Assembly: GCF_009914755.1 (NCBI RefSeq)
Contig: NC_060931.1
Source of the DNA: the human T2T-CHM13v2.0 reference genome, Homo sapiens
DNA length: 64,000 bases
Reading direction: 5' to 3' (one strand)
Shown: positions 1 through 18,310 of the stretch, piece by piece
How positions within the stretch are numbered: the stretch's first letter is position 1
How the letters are laid out: each line of letters opens with the position of its first letter
Program-made: the position numbers and the translations under genes
Notes under the pieces: generated by a model
The model's input: only the letters and a program-made list of their open reading frames with translations
The model's database searches: none
Told to the model about the DNA's origin: nothing

Positions 1-679
1 CCTAAATACGATTTTAAATTTACATACATCAAGATTTACTTTTTATCCTCAGTGTAATGTATCCACATTGTGTCATACAAAATAGTTTCACCACCCTAAA
101 AGTTCTGAGCTTCACCTATTCACTCCCCAACCCCTGAAAATGGTGATTTTTATGATCACTGTTTTTGCCATTTTCAGAATGTCATATAATGGAAATCATA
201 CAGTATCAGTCTTTTCAGATGGGCTTCCTTCAGTTAACAACATGCATTTAAGATTCATCCATCTCTTTTCTGGCTTAATAGCTCATTTCCTTTTATTACT
301 AAATAGTATTTCATTCTATGGCTACACCACACTTTCCCTATCCATTCACATATTGTAGAACATCTTGGTTACTTCTAGTTTTTAGTGGTTGTGAATCAGC
401 CTTCTGTAAACTTTTGCATGTAGATTTTTTGTGTGGATGTAAGGTTTCAACTCCTTTGGGTAGATATCTAGGAAAGTGATTGCTGGATCATATGGTGAGA
501 GTATGTTTAGCTTTTTAGGAAACCATTAAACTGCCTTCCAAAGTTGACAGTGTCATTTCGCATTCCCATAAACAATGAGTGATTGCTCCTATTGCTCTGC
601 TTCCTCCCCAGTCGTTGGTATCTCCAGTTTGTTTTTGTATTTTTGCCTTTCTAAATAGTGTGTAATAGTACCTCATTGC

Positions 680-993
<314 letters not shown>

Positions 994-2599
994 TCATTGC
1001 CGTTTTAATTTGAAAATCCCTAGTCACCAATGATGTTCAGCAAATCTTCTTATGTTTATTTACCATCTGTGTATCTGCTTTGGTGAGATGTCTGTTCAGA
1101 TATTTTGTTGATTTTATATTGGAGTTGTTTTCTTATTGTTGAGTTTTAAGAGTTGTTTATTAAATATATATTTTGGGTACAAGTAATTAAGCAAATTTGT
1201 ATTTTGCAAATATTTTCTGGTCTGTGGCTTATCTTTCAATTCTTCCCCTTGCTTTTATTTAAATTAGCACATTGTGTATATTTATGGGTTAAAATGTGAT
1301 GTTTTGACCTACATATATATACATTGTAGAAAGATTTAATCAAGCTAATTAACACATTCATCATCTCACCAACTTAACATTGTGTGTGTGTGTTGAGAAT
1401 GTTAAAAATCTATTCTTTTAGTGATTTTGAAATATGCAACATGTTATTATCAGGTGTGGCCATCATGCAGTGCAATAGATCACTTAACTTTATTTCTCCA
1501 GTCTAAGGGAGACTTGGTACCCTTTGATCCATATCTTCTCCTTTCCCATTTCTCTCCTTCATTTTTAGCCCCAGTAACTACCTTTTTTCATTCTGTTTCT
1601 ATGAGATCAATTTCTTTTAGATTCCACATATAAATGAGATTATACAATATTTGTTTTTTGGTACCTGGCTTATTTCACTTAGCATAATGTCCTCCAGCTC
1701 CATCCATGATTCTTTTAAAAGTATCTTTCACAGAGTAGATGTTTTTAATTTTAAAATATTGTACAACGTATGAATTTTTTCTTTCATGGATCATGATTTT
1801 GCTGTTCTATCAAAAACTTTATCGCAAAACCCTAGATTTTCTCTTATGTTTACTTCTAGAAGTTTTATCATTTTGTATTTTATAATTAGGGCCCTGATAC
1901 ATTTTCAGTTAATTTTCATGAAAGGTATAAGGTTTGTGTCTGGGTTTTTTTTTTTTGTTTTTTTTTTTTGGTATATGTATGTCCAATTATTCCAGCCCCA
2001 TTTTTGAAAAGACTTTTTTTTTTCATTGACTTGCCTTTGTTCCTTTGTTAAAGATCAGCAGACTCTGCATAGATTAATTTCTGGGCTCTCAATTCTGTTT
2101 CATTGACCTATCTACCTATTCTTTTAAATATATGCTGTCTTGATTATTATAGCTTTATAGTGAGTCTTGAAATTTGGTAATAAAAGGGCTCAACTTTGTT
2201 CTTCTTCGGTAGTGTATTGACTATTCTAGGCCAATTCTAGGAAGGTCTTTGTCCTTCCCTTATATTTTAGCTTCTGTTTGTTGATATCTACAAAAGGACT
2301 TGCAGATATTTGAATTGTAATTCCAGTAAATCTGTAGACAAAGTCTGGGATAATTGACATCTTAATATTATTGAGTGTTCCCATTCATGAACATGGACTA
2401 TCATTCTCGATATTGAGCTTTACTTTGATTTCTTTCACCTGAGTTTTATAGTTTTCTGCACATAGTTCCTGTTCACATTTGTCCATATGTATGCCTAGTT
2501 ATTTTATTTTTGGTGATGCCGTAAGTGGTGTTATGTTATTAATTTCACATCCTAATGTCTTATTTCTGGTACATAGAAAAACAATAGACATTTCCATAT

Positions 2600-3054
2600 T
2601 GTGGTAGGGTTAATTATAGCCCCTCAAAAGAAACTCACATACTAATCCTTGGAATCCATTGCTATGTTATCTTATATGACAAAAGGGACTTTCCCAATAT
2701 AATTACATTAAGAATCTTGAGATAGGGAGATTATTTGGGGTTATCTGGGTGTACCCAATGTAATTACAAGGGTCTACATAAGAGGAAGGCAAAAGAGCAA
2801 AATCAGAGCTGCCAATGTCATAAAGCTATGCTGATTATTTGATGATGAAGAGAGGGGCCATGAACCAAGGAATACAGGTGGCCTCTAGAAGTTGGCAAAA
2901 GCAGTGGAAAGGAACCTTGCTGACCCTGGCTTTGGTTCAGGCAGACTGTATTTGGGCTTCTGACTTCTGTAACTGTAACAATGAATTCATTCTGTTTTAA
3001 AACACTAGTCCTATGGTAGTTTACTACAGCAACTATAAAAAAATTTAAAAATAC
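2600..3054 (+). mobile_element. MLT1 (MaLR) solo LTR, MLT1C/D-like
   Basis: TG...CA ends. Typical text: aaaagggacttt...cttgagatagggagattat...cccaatgtaattacaagggtc and tggtagtttactacagcaac. Confidence 0.75.
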
Positions 3055-3745
3055 ATAGTAACAATCAAATTATGCAAACATATAATAATACAAAATTTAT
3101 GTATAATACTATATATAGTAACAATACAAATATATATATTTGTATATATATATAGAGAGAGTGTGTATCCTGTAACTTTGCTATACTACTGTATATATAG
3201 TAATGGTACAAATTATACATATAGTAACAATACAAACTATGTATTCATATAATACTATATATACATGACTGTGTATCCTGTAAATTTGTTATACTACAAA
3301 TTATTTTCAGAATGCCCATTTTGTTGACTTTTTCAAAGTAGAATCTTTGGAACTTTCTTGATAGACAGTCGTGTTATCTGCTTAAAAAAAAGACAGTTTT
3401 TATTCTTCCTTCCAATCTGTTATATATTTGTTCATTTTCCTGTTTTATTGCACAAGCTAGAAATTCCTGTATGATGTTGAATAGGAGTGGTGAGAAGAAG
3501 CAACTTGTCTTGCTCTTTGTCTTAAAGGGAAAGCATCCAGTGTCTGGCCATTAGCTGTCATGTTAGCTGTAGGTTTTTGTAGATGTTCTTTACCAAGTTG
3601 TGGAAGTCCCCCTCTATTCCTAATTTTCTGAAAGTTTTTATCATTAATGGGTGCTGGTTTTTATCAAATGCTTTCTCCACATCTATTGGTATGATGATAT
3701 ATTTTGTTTTCTCTAACTTGTTGATGTAGCGTATTAGAGTGAATC

Positions 3746-4051
3746 TTTTTTTATTTTTGAGATTGAGTTTCACTCTGTCACCCAGGCTGGAGTGCAGTGG
3801 TGAGATCTCAGCTCACTGCAACCTCCGCCTCCCACGTTCAAACAATTCTCCTGACTCAGCCTCCTGAGTAGCTGGGACTACAGGCGTGCACCACGACACA
3901 CAGCTAATTTTTTTTTTTTTTTTTGTATTTTTAGTAGAGACAGGGTTTCACCATGTTGGCCAGGCTGGTCTCAAACTCCAACCTCAGGTAATCCACCTGC
4001 CTCAGGCTCCCAAAGTGCTGGGATAACAGGCGTGAGCCACTATGCCCAGCC
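3746..4051 (-). mobile_element. AluS
   Basis: Full Alu in antisense. TSD TTAGAGTGA at 3734-3742 and 4052-4060. Confidence 0.95.
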
Positions 4052-4194
4052 TTAGAGTGATTACTTTTTAAATGTTAAACCAGTCATACATTCCTAGAAT
4101 AAATTCCACTTGCTGCTCTTTCTGTTTTTATTATCTGGAAGATATTATAGAGGATTTGGTTCAGTCTTTTTAAAATACTTGGCAGAATTTTCTA

Positions 4195-4514
<320 letters not shown>

Positions 4515-4666
4515 ATTTCTAATGAAACCATTTGGGCCTGCTGTTTTCTTTTTGGAAGGTTATTAGTTATGTTCAGTGTCTTTAATACAAATACACCTGT
4601 CAAGATAATCCATTTCTTCTTGTACAAGTTGGTCTATTTCACGGAATTGGTGCATTTCATCTAAGC

Positions 4667-4999
4667 CAGAGGTCCTCAACCCTTGGGCAATGGACAGGTC
4701 CCAATCCATGGCCTGTTAGTAAAAGGGCCACACAGCAGGAGGTGAGTAGTGGGTGAGTGAGCATTACCGCCTGAGCTCCCCCTCCCATCAAATTCTCATA
4801 GGAGCGCAAGCCCTATTGTGAACTGCCTGCATGCAAGGGATCTAGGTTGCATGCTCCTTATAAGAACCTAACCAATGCATGATGATCTGAGGTGGAAGAG
4901 TTTCATCCCAAAACCTTCCCACCGCACCACCCTCCTGTGCAGGGAAAAATTATCTTCCACAAAACCAGTCCCTAGTGTCAAAAATGCTGGGGACCACTG
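4667..4999. mobile_element. MER1B-like hAT-Charlie DNA transposon
   Basis: TIRs cagaggtcctcaac / gctggggaccactg. 8-bp TSD atctaagc / atctcagc. Confidence 0.85.
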
Positions 5000-5481
5000 A
5001 TCTCAGCCATCAAATTTGTGGGCATGCAGAGTTGTTTCTAGTATTTTTGCATATTTCTTTTTATGTCCATAGCATCAGTAGCTATGACCCTGTTTTCATT
5101 TCTGATATTGTCAATTTGTAGTACATTTATTTTTTTCTTGGTTACCTTAACTAGAGATTTATCAATCAATTTTATTGATTTTTTTAAAGAACAGCATTTC
5201 ATTTCTTTGATATTCTCAATTGTTTTCCTGTTTTAGATATTATCAATTTCTGCTCTAATTTTTTTATGCTTTTCTTCTATAACTTCAGATGATCAATTTT
5301 GGATCTTCTTCTCTTATATATTCAGTAATACTATTAATTTCTGTCTAAGCACTGCTTTCATTGCATCCTACAAATTTTGATAAATTGCATTTTCATTTTT
5401 CTTTAATTCAAAATATTTTATATTTCTCTTGAGCCTACTTATTTAGATCGTGCGATATTTAGAATTGTGTTATTTAATCTC

Positions 5482-5908
5482 TGCTATAGGTTAAATGATT
5501 GTCGCCTCAAAATCTCATGTTCAAATTTGATCCCAGTGTTGGAGATGGGGCTTCATGGGAGGCATTTGGGTCTTGGAGGTGGATCTCTCCTGAATAGAGT
5601 AATGCCCTCCCTTGGTGGGTGGATGAGCACATTCTCACTCCATTGGTTCCCACAAAAGCTGGTTGTTAAATAGAGCCTGACCCCTCCCTCTTCTCTCTCT
5701 TGCCTTCCCTCTCACCACGTGATCACTGAACATGCTGGCTGCCCTTCACCTTCTGCCATGAGTGGAAGCTTCCTGAAGGGCTCCAGGAAAATGGTGGCAT
5801 GATGCATCTCGTATAGCCTATAGAACTGTGAGCCAAATAAACCTCTTTTCTTCATAAATTATCCAGCTTCATGTATTCTTTTATAGCTACACTAAACCAG
5901 TTAAGACA
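5482..5908 (+). mobile_element. MST (MaLR) solo LTR, MSTB-like
   Basis: TG...CA ends, 5-bp TSD ATCTC on both sides, and the motif agaactgtgagccaaataaacctcttttc. Confidence 0.85.
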
Positions 5909-6797
5909 ATCTCCAAATATTTGGGATTGTCTAGCTACTTTTCTGTTCCCGATTTCTAGTTTAATTCCACTGTGACCTGATAATATATTTCCTATAATTT
6001 TTATTGTTCTACATTTGTTCCTGTGTGTTTTATGGCCCAGAATGTGACCTATCTTGCTGTATGTTCTATAGAAGCTTGGGAAGAACATATGTTATGCTGT
6101 TTGTAGGTAGTATTTTATTATATAAATGTCAATTATATCATATTGATTGATAGTGTTCCTCAAGTCAACTGTATTCACTGATTTTCTACCTGCTGAGCTA
6201 TGAATTACTAAAAAAGAAGTTTGAAGTCTCCAACTGCAATAGTGAATTTGTATATTTCTCCCTTTAGTTCCATCAGCTTTTGCATCATTTTTAGGTGTTT
6301 TTGCTCTGTTGTTAGGTGAATAAATGTTTAAGATTGTTGTCTTTTTTGAGAATTGATCCCTTTATCGTTATGTAATGCACCTCTTTTCCCTTATAATTTT
6401 TCTTGCTCTGCTATCTTCTTTGTTCACAACTAATAAAGTTCTATGCAATTTTAAAAATTAGTGTTAACAAGATTTATATTTCTTAAAACCTTTACTTTTG
6501 ACCTATGTCTCTATATTTCCAATGAGTTTCCTGTAGATTAAATATAGTTGGATTTTTTTTACCACTATGAACACCTTTGTCTTCAAATTGGCTTCTTTAC
6601 ACCGTTTAGATTTAAAATGACTATTGATATTATTAGGTTAATATCCACCATATTTAAACTGTTTTCTATTTGCTATATTTGTTCTTTATTTTTTACTTTT
6701 CCTACTTTTCTGCCTTTTCTGATTTTAGTAGGACATTTTGCACAATTTTATCTTCTTTTTTAGCATATTAATTATACATATTTTAAAAATATTTTAA

Positions 6798-7104
<307 letters not shown>

Positions 7105-10100
7105 TTAATGGTAGCCTGAGTTTCCAACATACATTTTAAGTAATCTAACTCCACCTTTAAATGACACTATGCCACCATCATTGCTGTCATTCACTTCACT
7201 AATCATATGATACCATCATCGTATTATTACTTTAAATAGTTATTTTTAGATCAATTAAGAATAAGAAAAGAAAAAAAGATTTTCTTTTACCTTTATTTAT
7301 TCCTTCTTTGGCACTCTTCCTTTGTTACGCAGATTTGAGTTTCTGAACTTTATCACCTTCCTTTTCCGTGAGGAACTTCTTTTAATATTTTCTTACAGGG
7401 AAGGTCTGATGGTGATTATTTCCCTCAGCATTTGTCTGAGGAAGTCTTTATTTCTCAAGTTTGTATTTTTTTTCTTTATTTTAGCATTTAAATACTTCAC
7501 TCCAGTCTTCTTGCTTCTGTGTTTCTGATGGGAAGTCTAATTTAATTCTTGTCCTGTTTTGCTGTAAGTCAGGTTACTTTTTCTCTGACTCCTTTGAAGA
7601 TTTTCTTTTTGTCTTTGGTTTTCTGAAGTTTGTGTATAATTGTTTTGGTATTTCTCCTGTTTACTGTTCTCTACTTCTTGACTTGTGATTTGCTGTGGTT
7701 AATTTGGGAAAATCCTCTGACAGTGTTACTTCAAATATTTCTTTAGTTTCTTGTTCTTGTTCTTCTCCTTCTGGTATTCCAAATAGATGTATATTATACT
7801 TTCGAAATTATTTCTGTTGACTTATCTTCAAGCTTACTCATTCTTTCCTCAAACTTGTTCTGTTGATGAACCTATTGAAGACATTCTTTATTTATGTCAG
7901 TGATTTTTATTATTTCTAGCATTTCCTTTTGATTGTTTCCTAGAGTTTCCATCACTCTTCTTACATTACACATCTATTTTTGCATGTTGACTGTTTCCTC
8001 CATTAGAGTCTTTAAAATCTAAAACAGTTATTTTAAATTCTCTATCTGATAATTTCCAAATTTGTGTCAAATCTGAGTCTGGTTCTGATGCTTGCTTTGT
8101 CTTTCTGACTTGTTTTTTCTTGCTTTTTTTCATACCTTAAAATTTTCCATTAAAACCCATACATAATATATTGAAGAGTAATCAGTGAGGCAAACAGGCC
8201 TTTAGTGAGCATTTTTTGTTGTTATTATTAATCTGGCTGAGAATCAAGCTATATATAATGTTTGCTGTAGATGTAGGTAGCGGTGGCTTCAAATTCCTCT
8301 AGTATCCTTATTTTGTCTCCACTCTTGACTTTGGGCATCCTTATATACTCCTCCACAGAGAGTCTGTGTTTTCTGGCTCTTTTAGGTGTAATCCACAGTT
8401 ACATTGGAGCCCTGTTAGTGTGGTGAGAAGGTTGGCATAGGGGAAGTATTCTATACTCTTATGATTACATCACAGTCTTTTAGGGGGTCCATGTCCCTTA
8501 CAAGCATTTCTTAGCTTTGCTTCTCCCCTTACAAGGAACAGGAAGGATATTGGTGCCCAGAGTGTGAAAAGTGACCTTACCTCAAGTGGGATAAGTCTCT
8601 GCTAAAGGTTTTATCCCTCACTGGAGGGTAGGTCTTTGTTATGGAGAATATTCTGGGTATATTTCACAATAACTTCTCTTCCATGCGCCCCACATGACCA
8701 TGATGGCATTTTCTCAACTCTTTACTGTGAGAGCTTGGTGGGGCTTCTGGAGGTAAAATCCACAACTGTGTGGGATTCCAAGAGTGTGACCCCAGGAGTT
8801 TATCACTCTCACGCAACTCCACACTAGCGCTCCGGAAAATCATCAGCATTACCACTGAAGTGCTACCAAGAGTTTGTTTCTAGTGGTTTCTGCACCGGGT
8901 AAACAGATCTCAGCTGTGACTCCCCTAATTCATCTATCTTTGCAGATTTCTGGGTGGCTGTTTGCTGTAGGAACTTCATTCTCATTTGGATACACGAATT
9001 GTCACTGATTTTCAGTTCACTCAGGTTCTTCTTGTGGTAAGAGTGGAAGCAATGACTTTTAAGAACTTTACACATTGGAGTTAAAGCCAGATGTCTCTTA
9101 ATGTACCTTTTTTTGACCTTATGCTCTCCTGTTTTATTCTTCCCTCACTTTATGGCTCTTCTATCATGCTATAAGCAGCAAGAGAAAAATAGTGTCTTCC
9201 CCACTGCCCAGAAATCTCCTTAGCCATGTAGCCAAGTCTATCAGGTATATCTTCTGTTTTCAGCATAACTGCAGACCACATTAGCACTAGGCTTTTGTCA
9301 TATCATAATAAACATCTCTCTTCCAATGAGATCACAGGGAGCCATCTCAGAATCAGCCTACTATAACTCCCATCACTATTTTATATGATTAATACAAAGG
9401 CCAGTAAATTCAGTGCCATGTGGCCAGCTTTACTAATAAATCATATTTTTGATGGTAAAATCTGTAGCTTACAGATATGATTGTATTCATTAGAGATCCA
9501 TTTTTCGTCCTGGATAAGCAAGACAACACAATAGATTACACAACGTTAGGCTTGAAGAAACAAAGTACAAGGGAGGTGAGGGGTCCTCAACATTTCTCTT
9601 TTCCTCCATCGCTGCCCATTCCCAGACTCTCTCCCACAGCTCACTCTCCTTCTGGACACCTGCGAGTTCTGTCCTTGCTTCTCTGCAATGTAGCTGTTGC
9701 TTTCAACACCCCGAAGCATCTTTGCTATGGCTCTTAAGCTGAAACAAACGCAGACCACCCCAAGCCTCATGTGATAGAGGAATCCTCAAAGCTGAAATCT
9801 GGACAAGTCTAAACTTTCAACTTCCTTTCCTAACAGGAATAAGGAAATCAGTATATAGAACAAGTTGAATATGACTTAGGATTTACAAAATGTAATGCAG
9901 CCTCACGTCGTTGGGTTCATTCGGCTACCAATTTAGCTTGCTTGACAACTACATATGTTGCTTTTAAACAATTTCATTAGGAATGTAAAAACACGCAAGT
10001 CAATATCTGAGAAAAGAATGGATATCTGAGAATAGCATTTGGGTTTCTACTAACTTGCTCTGATGAATAAGCTGTAAGTCACTGTTATGCCAACAATTCT

Positions 10101-11487
10101 GTGAGTTTTTAAATAAAATTTCGGTGACAATTTCATGTTTCTGATAGTAAAATTTTAAGTTCGGTGCTTTTACTATCTTTCAGTAGTCCATTCTTTACAC
10201 CAACTAAGCAGGCTGCAAGACACTAAAAATGAACTTACCTTTTGTGCATTATATTTTTACTGGTTAAACTTTCTACCATCTTTCAGAAGAGTGGGAAAGT
10301 TTAAGTTTAGCTACTTGCTATGCAAACTCATATCCAGCCTTTACAGCAGAGGGAGGCCGAAGCAATAACCAGGGACATTTTTAATGCAACTAAAATGTTG
10401 CTGTCTCACATTTAACCCTGTATCTGGGAGAAGCACGAATTGAATTTATTGTAGATCATTCTTTCTCATCAATCTAGAGGCAGGACTGAGAGAAAAGTAT
10501 CCATGGTAATGAAGGTTTTCCTATGATGAACACCTAACACTTCCACAATTAAGTTAGTATTAGCATTCATCAATATTTTCTGAATGCATTTTGAGCTTTC
10601 AATAGAGGTGATGTTTCTGCCCAACACTCATACCAAGTACATAATTGACACCTTGGCATCTAGGGCAATTCTGGAATGCCCTGAACCCAATAATATCATG
10701 AACCAATTGCCAGTAACTCTAGATACACACTGCAAAAGCTCTACATTCCTAGGACCTATGATTGATCGTAGTATATTTGTAGGCACATCATGTAAAGTAA
10801 GTAAATGCAAGTAAATCCAGTTGAACTTGGAATTTTGGTTGCTTTGGCACTTTCTGCCATGATGAAAGACCAGTGATTACATAACCCCAGGCTAGCTGTG
10901 AAATAGTTCAAAATTGCCTTTGGCAAACAATTCCCACCAATCAGAAGACTGTTCTACATATCTTCTTCTGTGGAGACCTATACCATCATACCCACTATCT
11001 GCCCCTGGAGTGTACCCCGTGAAAGCTCCGTAGGCTTCCTAGGGCTTATTGGAATGCTAGCTCTGCTGTGTTTTAAAAATTTAATCATCCTGTGCTTTGT
11101 TTCCTACCTTCCAGTCTATTAGGTCTTTCCTGTTGATATTCTTTCCTAATTATTTAGCTTTTAGATAGTCTTTTCAATGCATCTCATAAAGAAAGAGAAA
11201 AGGGCTATTAAAGCCTTGCAGTGGGCAGTGATAGGAATAAATGTAACTCTTTGGCAGGAGGCTGTCCTAAGGTTTCTGCACTACTTTGAAAAAGTCAACA
11301 GCCAGGGGTAGGTGAAGCCCATAGTATTTTTACTGTTAAAACATCTACACATAACTAATCCTGACTGTGCTCTGTCTTTGGAAGATTATTCCAAATGGCA
11401 TTGATGCTGGAGGAAGAACTGCGGAGAGGGACCATATGGACCTCCATTGACATTGCCACCGTCTTTCCCATGCATTGCAGCAGACTC

Positions 11488-11830
11488 TGTTGGGGCCCTG
11501 CCCATATCCTCTTGGCACTGGCTGTATCTGTGCCCACCAGCCTGACTTTCAATTGCAAGCACCTACGTTGGCTGCCTGAGGGCTTTTGCTGCAGCCTGTC
11601 TGGGTGTATGGCAGCCTGGGGGTTTCATGGAATTTTTGTCCCCACCCACAGCCCTAGAGAACTCACCAGTGGGACTTGGCAGATAAATACCCCAGCCCTC
11701 AACCCTAAGATAGGATAACTTTGAGGCACATGTCCCACCCTGTCTTTCTGATTTCCCAGGGCCCACACTGGTCACTTGACTAACAGCACACCCTGTATTG
11801 GCTTCCCTTACCTTCCATATCTCATAGGGT
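11488..11830 (-). mobile_element. LTR16-like ERVL LTR
   Basis: Resembles the recalled LTR16A consensus (cagataaataccccagccctc...ggataactttgaggcacatg). Confidence 0.55.
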
Positions 11831-13758
11831 GGTCACGGTAACGCCCTGGAAGAACTCCAAGTACCTAGAGAGGAACAATGAAGGCCTCTGCTGCTGTGCT
11901 TTGGAATCCACGGCAGCATTTGCGTGCAATCACACCTTCCTACTCCTAGCCAATAACGGGAGTATGGCAGGGATACTAGCGCAGGCCTCGCCCTGGCAGG
12001 TGTGGGACCTTGCTGGTAGCCAGCTCTGGTTCAAGGACTTCCTGAAGAACTTTTTCATACCCTAGAAGTCACCCAAGCATATTTCCTTCCACTGGGAGCA
12101 GACTTAAAGTTTTAATCTGCTAACATCCCAGGCACTCTGTTTTTTTTTCCCACGCAGGTTATTTTCCCTAATCAAGTCCTTTCATGTTTATTCCCAACAT
12201 GGTGTCTGTTTCTTGAAGAACAAGGACTAATACATTTTAATTCCCACTCCCCGCATAGTGTTCTTGGCCTCACCTTCCCACTGAACTTCTTGAATGTGAT
12301 AATCCTTGATTTAGAGGTTATTTCTAGGAAGAACCCTGAATCAAGGCATATTATGAGACATACGCTAACAACCATAACTTTAGTTTAACTTTTCACTGCA
12401 TAAAATTATATAATAATTAGAACTAGAAGGGGCCTCAGATGAGATATAGCTCAGCATACTCATGTTTCATATAAAGAATGAAGAGAAATTAGTTTATCTC
12501 TCAGTTGAGATCCAGGCAGCAGTAGGAGATAACTTCGGATAATTATTGTGAGCATAAGTATTGTAGATTGATGACCTACCTATCAAAGCAATCATTCCAA
12601 ACAATTAATACAAAATTGTTTGAATATGCACCTCTCTTACAGCAGGATTTTTACACCAGTAGGTTGTAAATCCCAGGAGTACAAGAGCTATGAATTTGTA
12701 GATTCCTTGCAATAGGTTACAAGAGTCTAGATTCTGGATATGTAAAGTAGTTAATTCACCTATACACAACTATTTTCAAAATGTACTTAGAGGCTACTAT
12801 GAATAACATTGTTAAGGGAATTAGGATTTTATTAATAAAAATATCTATTTTAATCCAGTATCTAATTTTATCAGCCAGTATGTACCACTATTTCAGCTAC
12901 TCTCTGGTAAAGTCATGGATTGTTATGACATTTGCAGAGTGGATTTCATACTAGGAAATTTTGGAAAATAAAGATCTGTTCCATTTACCTACTCTAAATA
13001 AACCATGCAATTAGGATTAGGTGAATCCTTCCCTAATGTTTTTTTCTTTGACTAATAAAATCACAAATCTTAATTAAGTTGTATTTGTCTGATTATATGG
13101 CACTCCTGAAGATATGCATGTGCTTTTTGAATTGATTGTGTAAGTTAATTCGATGTACCAAATGTTATTTCTAAAACTCTATAACATTCATATGACAAAG
13201 TCCATTCATTGTCTAGGTCTTACTATATTAATTAAATGTTAAAATTATGCTGATTGAATTCAGCAAACTGACATCAATATTCCACTTGTTTTTTCCTTAC
13301 TGGTTTGTTTTCATCCACCATCGCTGTATGTCCCTTATATATACTAACCATATATTCCTTCTGACTGCCCCACACACTTTTCTTTCCCTGATTCTGTTTC
13401 AGGCACGCTGGCTGCTTCCCACATTTGGAGCAACCTCCTTCATCCATTCTGGCAAACACTCTTTTCTTTGAAAACTCAAATGTATTCAAACACCTCTTTC
13501 TTTGAAACTCAGATGCGTTCTCAGTTCCTCAGTGAGACCTGCACACTTTAGCACAGACAGCTCTACTGACTCGAATGCACTAATTCCTCAGGAATTTGTG
13601 TCAAAGTATGATATTGATGGTCAATATACACACCATCACACCTATACAAAATATAGGTCAAATGTGACTCTTCAAATTTAGAGCCTGTTTCTCTGAAGGC
13701 AATTTTCCACTCCACACATTGAAGCACTAAAATATTTCAATGCAGAAACATAAAAGTT

Positions 13759-13759
<1 letters not shown>

Positions 13760-13818
<59 letters not shown>
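13760..13818. repeat. Compound microsatellite (TC)n(TA)n
   Basis: Directly visible. Confidence 0.95.
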
Positions 13819-13826
<8 letters not shown>

Positions 13827-14019
13827 TAGTTTGATATATAAATATATAAAGAAAAATAAATGAGTTATTACAGTTTGAAAAAAGTCATTGAGGCTCTTTT
13901 TATTGACATGGGTGGAACTGGCTAGACTCAGTCTCCTTAATGATTCTTCAATTACATTCTACAGCTTCATTAGTAGAACCTTATGAATTTAGCAAAAATC
14001 TGGGCTGGTTTACTTTCTG

Positions 14020-14353
<334 letters not shown>

Positions 14354-14699
14354 TAAGCAAATCAATAATGTAAACAAAACTGAACTACTTAAGAGAAAAA
14401 ATTATTTTCACACATTTAGCATATGAGTTATCTTTCTTGTCATGTTAAACATACATGACATGCAAAATACCATTTTAAAGTGTAGAATTCAGTAGTGTTA
14501 AGTGCACTCACAATGTTGTGTAAACATCACTGCTATCTTGTTCCCGAGCTTTTTAATGATACCAAATGGAAACCTCGTCTTTCTAATTGGAAATATCCTC
14601 ATTTGAAGTCTACAAGAATGCTCATTACAGCATTGCTTGTAATGCTGATGAGAAGTTGGAAGTTGGAAACAACCTAAATATTCTTTACCGGGACAGCAT

Positions 14700-14845
14700 T
14701 GGGACAAATACCTAATGCTTGTAGGGCTTAAAACCTAGATGACAGGTTGATGGGTGCAGCAAACCACCACGGCACATGTATACCTATGTAACAAACCTAC
14801 ACATTCTGCACATGTATCCTACAACTTTTTTTAAAAAAAGAAAAA
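14700..14845 (+). mobile_element. L1PA extreme 3' end
   Basis: gggtgcagcaaaccaccacggcacatgtatacctatgtaacaaacct followed by an A-rich tail. Confidence 0.85.
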
Positions 14846-14929
14846 ATTATCTATAGAGGTGGGAAAAGAGTGGAAATGTGATATGGGTATAAAAAAATTA
14901 ACAGATAAACAACAACAAAAAAGCCTTAT

Positions 14930-16810
<1,881 letters not shown>

Positions 16811-17798
16811 AATGAGGTAGAACTCCAGCTACTGGCATCGAATGATACCTATAATAGTTTGAGTGGTTAAGTCCAAGACACAGAAAAAGATGTGTAGTAT
16901 GATCTGATGTATTTAGAAAAGGAGTATGTATGTGTGTTGTGGATACACATTTGTGAAAATTCCAAGATACTTTTTGCCAGTCTTTTCCTAAGCCTAAAGA
17001 GTGATTTCCTTTTGTGGAGGGAAGGAGTATCAGCAGTGGTGGTGGTAGGGAGGGGATTTGGAATTTGAGAAATCTGTGAAGAGGAAATACCTTTTTGTTT
17101 TGTTTTCATTCCAAATACTGCTTATTGCCTCCCTCTGCCTTTAGTTTTTTCAGCAAGAATTTATTTGATCTTTTAGAAAATAATAAAAGAAAAGCTGTAA
17201 ATATGTTCTTATCCTCTTTCTGGGTCCTGTGCAACTTGACAGTGACACTTGCATTACAAATTATTTTTAAAATTCTTAATAATAGTTAACACTTACTGTA
17301 TGAGAGTTATTACATTTACTGTGTGCTCTGTACCATGCTAAGCCCTTTGTGTGTGTTATCTTGATTACTTCTCACAATAGCTTTATGATCAAGTTTCGTG
17401 ATTAGTAAACGTGGTATCAGAATTCACTCATATGGCCTATTCTAAAGCCTATTGTGAATTGATTGCACTATACTTTCTAAGTTTACAGGGTTTGTTAGTA
17501 GCAAAGCCAGATTTCAAATCTCAAACTTCTGATTTGGTTCAGAATTCTTTTTCATTTCTTGGTGGTAATCTCCAAGGTAAAAAATATTTTAAAAGGCATT
17601 TAAAATGATTTTATCAAATTTTAGGATAACGGTAGTACACAGCCACAAAAACTAAGAGTAATCTAGTGTATAGTTTTCTAAATATTATTTTGGGTGGAAC
17701 TTATGGTTAATTCTCATTTGTTATGGAGCAAAGATTGAAGTTACTTTTAAATATCATACACATACTTTTATAATCAGGTGTAAAACTTTGTGTATATA

Positions 17799-18136
17799 CC
17801 ATTGTCCCTTGGTATCCATGGGGAATTAGTTCCGGGACCCTCCTGCAGATACCGAAATCCACAAATGCTCAAGTTCCTTCTATAAAGTGGTGTAGTATTC
17901 ATGTATAACCTACACAATCCTCCCATATACTTTAAATCATCATAGATTACCTATAATATATAATACAATGTAAATGCTATGGAAATAGTTGTTATGCCGG
18001 ATTGTTTAGGGAAATACAAAAAAAGTCTGTACACATTCAGTATAGATACAACCATACTTGTTTTTTAAAATATTGTTTGATCTGTGGTTGTTTGAATCCA
18101 CGAATTCAGAACCCATGGATACACAGGCCAGACTAT
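17799..18136. mobile_element. MER2 (TcMar-Tigger) DNA transposon
   Basis: TIR-like ends gtcccttggtatccatgggg / cccatggatacacaggccagact, flanked by TA. Confidence 0.85.
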
Positions 18137-18310
18137 ACTTACTATTGCACTGGGACTTTCAAAGACTGTTATCTGATAAAATGTTTATTTAGAGACAGGC
18201 ATATCATACATTGACACCAGAACCTGGTGCCTACCTCTGAGTGTAGGACAAATGTTTAGTACTGAGTGTTAGTTTAGTACTCTCATTGTATTCTTGTAGG
18301 TGATGTAGTC

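Noticed and set aside
10584-10814. Overlapping ORFs in apparently unique sequence, considered as a pseudogene or ancient LINE relic
   Set aside because: I could not match a convincing motif in any frame. A blastx or Dfam search would be needed.
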